Source: a virus. Taken from it: a stretch of 64,000 nucleotides of DNA. Position numbers and translations under genes: made by a program. Shown one piece after another: positions 47,027-54,410 of this stretch. The first letter of the stretch is position 1. Each line of letters begins with the position of its first letter. The stretch lies in IMG/VR virus record IMGVR_UViG_3300030331_006276; one strand, 5' to 3'. Under the pieces are notes generated by a model. The model was not told where the DNA came from. It worked only from the letters and a program-made list of their open reading frames with translations, and ran no database searches.

Positions 47027-48238
47027 ATGAAGACTTTTAAGCTATATTTTGAACAATACGAGCTTCTAAATGAAGCTAAAGCTAATACACACCTTACACA
47101 TTTAGAGGAGCTTATTCTTACTAAAGGAGAGGGTGGATATAAGACTGCAAGGGGATTTATAACCGATTTGCTTTCACATTTACAGGGTAAGAGTAAAAGA
47201 AAAGTAAATACATCAGTCAAATGGGATGGTGCACCTGCTATTTTTGCTGGTAAGCATCCAGAAACTGGTAAATTCTTTGTAGGTACTAAATCTATATTCA
47301 ATAGAGAGCCTAAAATTAATTATACAGATAATGACGTTGAGATGAATCATGGTCATGCTCCTGGTTTAGCCGATAAATTAAAGAAAGCTCTTAAGTATCT
47401 TCCTAAGCTGGGTATTAAAGGTATACTTCAAGGTGATTTTATGTTTGATTCATCATCTGTTAACAGAGAGATTATTGATGGTGTGGAGCATTTTACATTT
47501 AAACCCAACACAATTAAGTATGCAGTTGAAAAAGATTCTAAATTGGGTAGAGAAATAGCTAATTCGGTATTTGGTATAGTATTTCATACAGGATATGCTG
47601 ATTTAGATAGCTCCCCACAATATGGTATTAATGTAAAAGGACTTAAAAAAGTTCCAGGAGTGTGGGTTGATGATGCTATATTTACTGATTCAACTGGAAC
47701 AGTTACTCTTACTACTGATGAGGCTAAGCAGGTGAGAGATTATGTAAAGACAGCAGATTCTATTAAAGTAGATTATCGAGATCTACCTCTAGACTTACTA
47801 AACATTTATGCTAACTCTGAAATTCAAAAAGGTCAGTTTTTAGAAGATCCTGAAGTTTCATTTAATAACTTTGTTGATTGGTTCAAAGGTAGAATGACTA
47901 AAGAAATAGAAAAGAGAAAGTCTAAAGCCGGTAAACTTAAGGTAGAAGAAAGCTTTAAAAAGAAAATGGCTGAATTTAATCAACAAAAAGATGATATAGT
48001 AAATATCTTTAAAGTAAGTAAGCTACTTTCTCAAGCCAAACAGATCTTTATTAACAAGTATAATAATGCTGTATATAATACTAAGCATTTCTTAGATGCA
48101 GAAGACGGTACGTTAAAGGTAACATCTCCGGAGGGTTATGTAAGCGTATCTAAAGCTGGTGATGCAGTTAAGTTAGTAGATAGATTAGAATTTAGCCGTG
48201 CTAATTTTAGTGGAGGTCAAACAAGTACAAAAAAATGA
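47027..48238 (+). CDS. Conserved T4-like phage protein (DUF6267-like) with ligase/capping-enzyme motifs
   Basis: SVKWDG (motif I), LQGDFMF (III), PEGYV (IV), VKLVDR (V); MKTFKLYFEQ start; TAAATA 4 nt upstream. Confidence 0.65.
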   Translation: MKTFKLYFEQYELLNEAKANTHLTHLEELILTKGEGGYKTARGFITDLLSHLQGKSKRKVNTSVKWDGAPAIFAGKHPETGKFFVGTKSIFNREPKINYTDNDVEMNHGHAPGLADKLKKALKYLPKLGIKGILQGDFMFDSSSVNREIIDGVEHFTFKPNTIKYAVEKDSKLGREIANSVFGIVFHTGYADLDSSPQYGINVKGLKKVPGVWVDDAIFTDSTGTVTLTTDEAKQVRDYVKTADSIKVDYRDLPLDLLNIYANSEIQKGQFLEDPEVSFNNFVDWFKGRMTKEIEKRKSKAGKLKVEESFKKKMAEFNQQKDDIVNIFKVSKLLSQAKQIFINKYNNAVYNTKHFLDAEDGTLKVTSPEGYVSVSKAGDAVKLVDRLEFSRANFSGGQTSTKK

Positions 48239-48738
48239 AAACATTTAGAGAATATTTTGAAGAAAACAAAGCGATAGATTCCTTAAGAGGATGGGAGCAT
48301 GATGATGCTAGAGATTACGCAATAAAACTTATAAAGAAATTCGGTGAACCAGATGAAGTAACTGAAAATATGTTACTTTGGAATAATATTGAACCGCCTT
48401 TTGAATCAGTTTATATAAAAGATGAAAGTATACCTCATGAGTTTCCTTCCTCCCATAGAGATTATGTTTATTCTACTATGAATATTGATGTACCTGCTGA
48501 AATGTTAGATACATTAGGATATGTTACTGGTAGTATTATATACGACGGTCTTAAAAAAGAAGTTACTGCAAGATGTGGTGACTTATATGCTAATGCAGCT
48601 ACATTAGGTTTTGTAAAAGATATGGTTGATGGTAAGGTTACTACAGATTTTGAAGAGGCAAAAAAAGAATATGCTAATAGAATACAAAAGGCACCTTTAC
48701 CTGATTGGTATCCTAACAGTATGGAAGAAGGAGATTAA
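48235..48738 (+). CDS. Hypothetical protein
   Basis: MKTFREYFEE start; FGEPDEVT..HEFP..H.D..GSI..D..EVTARC..N motif set. Confidence 0.6.
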   Translation: MKTFREYFEENKAIDSLRGWEHDDARDYAIKLIKKFGEPDEVTENMLLWNNIEPPFESVYIKDESIPHEFPSSHRDYVYSTMNIDVPAEMLDTLGYVTGSIIYDGLKKEVTARCGDLYANAATLGFVKDMVDGKVTTDFEEAKKEYANRIQKAPLPDWYPNSMEEGD

Positions 48739-48740
48739 AA

Positions 48741-49280
48741 ATGAGAACCTTTAGAGAATATTTTGAAGATATGGAGACAAGAGTTGAGCGAATCGCTCTT
48801 CTCCCCGGTGGTTTTAAGCCACCTACAAAGGGTCACTTTAATGCTTTAAGATATTTGCTTGATGATGCAGATAAAGGTATTGTTTTTATTGGTGGGAAGG
48901 CACGTGAAGGCATTACACCTGAGCAATCAGAAAAGATATGGAACATATATGCGAAATATTTTGATAAGCCTGTAAAGGTTGTGTATGTACCGAATCCGGT
49001 AAGGGCAGTTTATGACTTTGCTGATGAAAATTTAGACACGACGTTGCTTGTTGGTGCTGGTGAAAAGGATGAAGATGTTAAACGTTACAAATATTTTATA
49101 GATAATGTGGAAAAATATCCATATGTTAATGTAGTTAAAATACCAATGCAAGAAGGTGGTATATCTGGTAGTCAAACAAGAGAAATGATACAAAAAAATA
49201 TAGATGAGTCGTTGGATTATTTTGTACCAGATGAAATATCTATTGAAGATAGAGATCAAATAAAAGCAATATTAGTATAA
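48741..49280 (+). CDS. HIGH-superfamily nucleotidyltransferase (cytidyltransferase-like)
   Basis: PGGFKPPTKGH (HIGH variant), GAGEKD..RY, GISGSQTR; MRTFREYFED start. Confidence 0.8.
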   Translation: MRTFREYFEDMETRVERIALLPGGFKPPTKGHFNALRYLLDDADKGIVFIGGKAREGITPEQSEKIWNIYAKYFDKPVKVVYVPNPVRAVYDFADENLDTTLLVGAGEKDEDVKRYKYFIDNVEKYPYVNVVKIPMQEGGISGSQTREMIQKNIDESLDYFVPDEISIEDRDQIKAILV

Positions 49281-49288
49281 ATAATATT

Positions 49289-49705
49289 ATGAGAGATAAG
49301 AAACGTAAAGAAAGAGCTATGCTTCAGGAAGCATATCAAAAGGTTAACGAAATGTTAGGACCGCATAATAACCCTTATCCTCAAAAAATGGCAGTAGCTG
49401 TTCCTGTACCATCAGAAGATGAAAGCTGTGGAGAGTATGATCAATCTGAAATTGATATGGCAGGTAGGGATCTTCTTAAAGCGCAAGAATATGCTACAAA
49501 ATTAAGTATGATGGTGCCAAAGTTACCTGGTTTGGATGGATGGGTAGCTTCAAAAATTACAAAAGCTGCAGATTATCTCTCATCTGTATTTCATTATCTT
49601 GATTATGAAATGCAACAACATGATGAAGTTGTAGTGGATGTTGAAGAAATACAAGCACCAGTAGAAGTTTTTAATGTAGGGTATGAGGATACAGAAAATA
49701 CTTGA
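49289..49705 (+). CDS. Late hypothetical protein
   Basis: LDGWVASKITKAADYLSSV; TATAAATA at 49276-49283. Confidence 0.6.
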   Translation: MRDKKRKERAMLQEAYQKVNEMLGPHNNPYPQKMAVAVPVPSEDESCGEYDQSEIDMAGRDLLKAQEYATKLSMMVPKLPGLDGWVASKITKAADYLSSVFHYLDYEMQQHDEVVVDVEEIQAPVEVFNVGYEDTENT

Positions 49706-49728
49706 CCACACCGTTAATAGCAGTTGCT

Positions 49729-50178
49729 ATGAAGAAGTTTAAACATTTTTTTATTGAAAAACAAGTTCTTGGACTTATAGAGTTCTTTGACGTAGATGGT
49801 GTTGGTAAAATACCATCTAAACTTGATTCAGGTAACGGTGCTTTTAACGTTATTCATGGAGAGGATATACAAATACAAGGTAATAAAGTTCTCTTTAAAA
49901 CAGTTAACAATAAACATCTTATAAAAGATAAAGTAGATGATATTTCTATTAATGTCGGAGCTGGTAATATAGAAGAAAGACCTGTTGTTAACTTTGATCT
50001 GAAAATTGGTAATAAAGAGTTTAAAGATATACCTTTTTCTGTAGGTAATAGAACTAGTAACTTATTTAAAATATTAGTAAGTAAAGACTTTATAGAAAAA
50101 GAGCTTGATGCTCTTATTGATGTTAGTCGAGAAAATATTGCTGATAAAGAGCTTGATGCTACTTTTAATACCAAGTAG
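49729..50178 (+). CDS. Retropepsin-like (RimK-associated 'ATP-dependent Zn protease'-type) protease
   Basis: SKLDSGNG, ERPVV..L.IG, FSVGNR..ILVSK; start moved to ATG 49729 (MKKFKHFFIE). Confidence 0.7.
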   Translation: MKKFKHFFIEKQVLGLIEFFDVDGVGKIPSKLDSGNGAFNVIHGEDIQIQGNKVLFKTVNNKHLIKDKVDDISINVGAGNIEERPVVNFDLKIGNKEFKDIPFSVGNRTSNLFKILVSKDFIEKELDALIDVSRENIADKELDATFNTK

Positions 50179-50695
50179 GCTTCCAACGTAACGTCCAAGT
50201 AGCAAAATCTTTATCGTGACGAATATACTCTCTGTATTTGTCAATAGTAGATAAATTATCAAAATCTTCTATTTTTCTGCAATCACAATCTTCGCCAATA
50301 GCTACTGCGTAATTAGTTAAGCCAGTTTTACTCATAATAGTATTATGAATATTTTGACCACACCACTCAATAAATGTCTTAGTAAAATGTTCTTTTGATT
50401 CGGGCCACCTATACATACGTTCATTAAACATTTCTAAGGTATGATCAACTAACCATTTAAAGTTATCTTTAGTTTCTCTTGCCCATATAGAACATTGATG
50501 ATTAAAATAACCTTTACCTCTCCTACGAGGTTTACCGGTAGAAGTTCTTGGAGTAGATTTATGATCTAATACTTCTTGAGGAAACGCATGCGCTAGCATA
50601 ATAGCTCCTTCAATTTGCATTTTTGATCTTACATGTTGATCACAGAGGTTATAAGTAGAAATTACAGGATCGTCGTCAGTTACAAATATATTCAT
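50165..50695 (-). CDS. Pyrimidine-dimer glycosylase (DenV/Pyr_excise)-like protein
   Basis: MNIF..D.DP...L.DQHV.KM..E..ML, NHQCSIWAR..NF.WL..EF..R, YREY..K. Confidence 0.75.
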   Translation of the reverse strand: MNIFVTDDDPVISTYNLCDQHVRSKMQIEGAIMLAHAFPQEVLDHKSTPRTSTGKPRRRGKGYFNHQCSIWARETKDNFKWLVDHTLEMFNERMYRWPESKEHFTKTFIEWCGQNIHNTIMSKTGLTNYAVAIGEDCDCRKIEDFDNLSTIDKYREYIRHDKDFATWTLRWKPTWY

Positions 50696-50697
50696 AA

Positions 50698-50784
50698 TTA
50701 AAACTCAGTAAAGGATATAGTAGCTAATAGAATACCAAATATTCCAAATACAAATCCCCACCATAAAATATCAGCTATAGGCAT
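50698..50784 (-). CDS. 28-aa single-pass membrane peptide (not in ORF track)
   Basis: MPIADILWWGFVFGIFGILLATISFTEF*; exactly fills the folE-denV gap. Confidence 0.55.
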   Translation of the reverse strand: MPIADILWWGFVFGIFGILLATISFTEF

Positions 50785-50797
50785 TTTTAAATTATGT

Positions 50798-51448
50798 TTA
50801 AGTTCCTTTCATATTAGAAACAAATTGATAAAATTCATTCCTAGTAGCAATTTCATCTAAAAAGTCGCTACTTAATCTTGCAGTTTTCATCTCACAACCA
50901 TCATGTTTAACTCCTCTTAAGCAAGCACAAGTATGTGTAGCAGAAATCATTACTGCAACTCCTTTATTACCCTCACAAATCTCATTAATAGCATCATGAA
51001 TTTGCATAGTTAAACCTTCTTGAATTTGAGGTCTTCTAGCAAAATGTTCTACAATACGATTAAGTTTACTTAATCCAATAACTTTACCACTTTTAGAAGG
51101 AATATAAGCTACATGAGCTCTACCAGAGAAAGGTAAGTGATGATGAGAGCATAACGATTTAACAGGTATACCTCCTTGAAATACCATTCCATCATAGCCA
51201 TCAGAAGGAAATGCAGTTACATTAGGTAACTCATCATAACAACCTGCTGCTAAATCTCTTACAAATGACTTAGCTACTCTATTAGGAGTATTGTCACTAT
51301 TAGGATCACTACGCCAGTCGATGCGTAAGGCATCTAAAAATTTTTCATACGCTTTAGCAGCGTCCTCCATAACTTCGAGTTTTTCTTCTTCAGTTAAGGG
51401 CATATTTCCGTTAGCAGTAGGTAATTTAGTAATTTTAGTACGATCCAT
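50798..51448 (-). CDS. folE: GTP cyclohydrolase I
   Basis: TPNRVAK, SLCSHHHLPF.G.AHVAY, GLSKLNR, RRPQIQE.LT, HTCACLRGV. Confidence 0.95.
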   Translation of the reverse strand: MDRTKITKLPTANGNMPLTEEEKLEVMEDAAKAYEKFLDALRIDWRSDPNSDNTPNRVAKSFVRDLAAGCYDELPNVTAFPSDGYDGMVFQGGIPVKSLCSHHHLPFSGRAHVAYIPSKSGKVIGLSKLNRIVEHFARRPQIQEGLTMQIHDAINEICEGNKGVAVMISATHTCACLRGVKHDGCEMKTARLSSDFLDEIATRNEFYQFVSNMKGT

Positions 51449-51497
51449 ATATCTTATTATAGATATAAATAATTTATTTCAAGACTAAATATTGTAT

Positions 51498-52850
51498 ATG
51501 GCTAGAATATCCCAAAAAGAGCTACTTGAAGAAGGGTTTTCAGATAAAATACGTGGTATAGCAAAAGCCACAGCAGCAGGTATTAAGCAAGCTGCACAGC
51601 AAGGAATAAATTTAGATACTGGTCAATTAGCTAAAGGAATGTATAAGTCTTATAAAGGTGAGCAACCAATTGCATTTCTTAAAAAAGCTCTAGAAAATGA
51701 TAAGGATATTGAAATAGTTAAAATTGATAAGAGCAATATTAAAAAACAACAGGCAAGTGGTAAAAAAGGTTATTTAAGTCGAATTGTTGGTCCAAAGACA
51801 ATAACCTTAATTCCATTTGAAGGTGTTTTATATAATAGAAAAGAGAGACGTTATGAAGGGCCTGGAGCAGGTACATCACCACCACCTGACGCTGTAAATG
51901 AAAAAACAGCATATATGGGTGATTCAAGAGATAAAAAAGGTAAGTATAAGCCTGTTAGTGAAAAAGGATCTGTAAAAAAACAACTAAAAGGAGCATTAAC
52001 TAAGATAGGTATAGATGATCAATCAGCAAAAGAGTTTGCTTTATATTTAAGTAAAAACTTGAAACCGTTTCTTGCAAGGGTACAAGAAACAAGAGCTGGA
52101 CGTGGTTATGATTTTACATATGACCCTGATGCAGTACTTGGTGTAGTTAAGCAAACAAAAGCAAATATTCCTAAATCTAAAGGTAAGAAAAAAAAATTAA
52201 TTATACCAGAGCATTTTTCTATAAGAGATACAATTAAATTTTCCAAAAATGTTTTAATTTTAGAGCAACCAGACGATGATTTTTCAGAATATACAAAAAT
52301 GGGCCCAGTAAAATTTATTGAAAATTTATCTGATGAGCAAATGGAATCTTTGTTAAAAAATATTCAAAAGATACAGCCTGGATTAAACGTACAATTTAAA
52401 TTAAAGGCATCACAAAAATATATTGATAGAAAAGAGCGAGAAGAAAAAGGACCTAAATCAGACTTTGAAAGTGAAACGGGAATGTTTGTAGCAGAAATAT
52501 TTAGAACAAAGGATGGGTTGCAACTAGGTGATATATTTAGACGTGAAGATCCGACAGATATAATAAGAGGTATGCAACAAAGTAAAAAGAAAGAGGAGGT
52601 TAAACTGTCCCCGTTTGATAAAGCAGTACAAATCTTAAATACAAAAAATAATCTTACAGCTGCTACATTAGCTCCAGCTCTTAATATAAAAGACGTTAAT
52701 ATTATAACAGATATTACTAATAAAGATGTAGGAGCGATGCTATCTGATAAAGATATAGTAAAAATTAAAGGTGAGTTAATAAAGAAAAAAATTATTAAAG
52801 AACACTGTTCGCAAAAAAATATGCTATTGCAGTTGACTTTACTTTCTTAA
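51498..52850 (+). CDS. Late Lys-rich hypothetical protein
   Basis: Start moved to ATG 51498 (MARISQKELLEE), 6 nt after TAAATA 51486-51491. Confidence 0.6.
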   Translation: MARISQKELLEEGFSDKIRGIAKATAAGIKQAAQQGINLDTGQLAKGMYKSYKGEQPIAFLKKALENDKDIEIVKIDKSNIKKQQASGKKGYLSRIVGPKTITLIPFEGVLYNRKERRYEGPGAGTSPPPDAVNEKTAYMGDSRDKKGKYKPVSEKGSVKKQLKGALTKIGIDDQSAKEFALYLSKNLKPFLARVQETRAGRGYDFTYDPDAVLGVVKQTKANIPKSKGKKKKLIIPEHFSIRDTIKFSKNVLILEQPDDDFSEYTKMGPVKFIENLSDEQMESLLKNIQKIQPGLNVQFKLKASQKYIDRKEREEKGPKSDFESETGMFVAEIFRTKDGLQLGDIFRREDPTDIIRGMQQSKKKEEVKLSPFDKAVQILNTKNNLTAATLAPALNIKDVNIITDITNKDVGAMLSDKDIVKIKGELIKKKIIKEHCSQKNMLLQLTLLS

Positions 52851-52903
52851 TAGATAATTATCCGAGACCAGAGGAGGGAGAGCCTTTTAAATTTGATCAT
52901 TAG

Positions 52904-52931
52904 TTGATTTATTTTTAAAATTGCTTATAAT
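52904..52931 (+). promoter_or_regulatory. Early promoter of queD
   Basis: TTGATT-N16-TATAAT, 6 nt before ATG 52938. Confidence 0.75.
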
Positions 52932-52937
52932 AATATT

Positions 52938-53633
52938 ATGATTTATACGTCTTCAAAAAGAATTGAACTTGGATCAACTGCTTTTCGTCAACCTAATGCT
53001 GACTCGCATTGCAAGTTTATACATGGATATCAGCTTAATGCAGAAATAACTTTCGGTTGTAGTAAGTTAGATGACAATAATTGGGTTTATGATTTTGGTG
53101 GTTTAAAAGAACTTAAAGATATTTTTAATAATCAATTTGATCATACATTAGTAATTGCAGGTAATGATATTCATAGAGATAAATTTATTGCTCTAAATGA
53201 AGTAGGAGCTGCAGATGTTAGAATTATGGAAGGTGGTGTTGGTATTGAAAAGTTTGCTGAGTGGGTATTTAAAACAGCTGATACATATATTGATGAAGTT
53301 ACTGAAGGTCGGGTATGGGTAGAAAATGTTACTGTATATGAACATGGTAATAATTCGGCTTCATGTTCAAGACCTGTTAAGGAAAGTAATTTACATAAGG
53401 ATGAAGAAGGTAAAGCGACTTACGTATCTCATGAAGAGTTTGAAAGATCTTGGAAAGAGTGGTCAGAAAAAGGTAAGATTCCAGTTGTAGAGGAACAAGA
53501 ACCGGTAGTTACAACTACAGTTCCCCCTGTAGAGGAACCTCCAGCAGATAATCCTAGAGCAGCAAATGTTGGTCCTGCAGAAAAGACTAATAATTTTAGT
53601 AACCCGTTTAAAGGTACTTCTTGGGGTGCTTAA
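52938..53633 (+). CDS. queD: 6-carboxy-5,6,7,8-tetrahydropterin synthase with C-terminal extension
   Basis: HCKFIHGY, DFGGLK, FDH, EKFA, VYEH. Confidence 0.88.
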   Translation: MIYTSSKRIELGSTAFRQPNADSHCKFIHGYQLNAEITFGCSKLDDNNWVYDFGGLKELKDIFNNQFDHTLVIAGNDIHRDKFIALNEVGAADVRIMEGGVGIEKFAEWVFKTADTYIDEVTEGRVWVENVTVYEHGNNSASCSRPVKESNLHKDEEGKATYVSHEEFERSWKEWSEKGKIPVVEEQEPVVTTTVPPVEEPPADNPRAANVGPAEKTNNFSNPFKGTSWGA

Positions 53634-54358
53634 GCACCGAGTATTTTACAAATAAATCTTAGTATTTTACTTCTCACAATTTCAGAATTACCAAATCTAA
53701 ACGAACTTATTCCGTTTTCTATACAATCTACAGAAGAAAATTTTTGAAATACTTCACTAAATCCGGATTTATTAATATCTGATTGATGAGTATCACCACA
53801 AACAATATATTTTGTTCTTCTTCCAAAACGCGTTAAAATAGTAGTAAGTTCGCCTTTAGTTAAATTTTGTGCTTCATCAACAATAACTACACAATCATTA
53901 AAAGTTAAACCTCTTACAAAATTAACCGGTATAGCTTCTATCATACCTTTATTTTTAAGTATACCGCAAGTGCTGTCGCTAGTAATTTCTCTTACCTTTT
54001 CAATTAAAGGCATTGCGTAAGGTAAAAACTTATCATCTACTTCACCCGGTAAAGAACCTAAGCTTTTAGCTGCAGATTCAATTACAGATCTAATATATAT
54101 TACCTTTTCAACTTTTTCTTCTTTAAGCTCTTGAAGGGCTGCATATATTGCAATATATGTTTTAGCTGAACCAGCAGGACCGTCTACTAATACCATATTA
54201 GTATTTGTATTACGGATTTGCGAGTAAAACTCTTTGTGATTATGGTTAAGATAAAAAGGCCTTTTGATTTTAAAGTCGAGTAAAAAGTTATCTTTCATTT
54301 GTTCTTCAATATCTTCCAACTGCGTTTCGCGACCTTGTCGCGTAGCTTTTTTTCTCAT
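53630..54358 (-). CDS. phoH: PhoH-like ATPase
   Basis: GPAGSAKT, RSVIE..LGSLPG, FVRGLTF, DEAQN, GDTHQSD, IVRS. Confidence 0.93.
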   Translation of the reverse strand: MRKKATRQGRETQLEDIEEQMKDNFLLDFKIKRPFYLNHNHKEFYSQIRNTNTNMVLVDGPAGSAKTYIAIYAALQELKEEKVEKVIYIRSVIESAAKSLGSLPGEVDDKFLPYAMPLIEKVREITSDSTCGILKNKGMIEAIPVNFVRGLTFNDCVVIVDEAQNLTKGELTTILTRFGRRTKYIVCGDTHQSDINKSGFSEVFQKFSSVDCIENGISSFRFGNSEIVRSKILRFICKILGA

Positions 54359-54366
54359 ATTATTAA

Positions 54367-54401
54367 TATTTAGTTGAAAAAAACATCAAAACAAATATAA
54401 T
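54367..54401. promoter_or_regulatory. Divergent late (phoH) and early (queE) promoters
   Basis: Minus strand TAAATA 54367-54372; plus strand TTGAAA (54374)-N16-TATAAT (54396). Confidence 0.7.
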
Positions 54402-54410
54402 TATATATAT

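Noticed and set aside
52812-52903. A_AAA_AAT slippery site near the end of 51498..52850 with a short open -1 frame, and a 17-codon antisense ORF
   Set aside because: A-runs are common in this genome, no downstream stimulatory structure is evident, and both products are very short.
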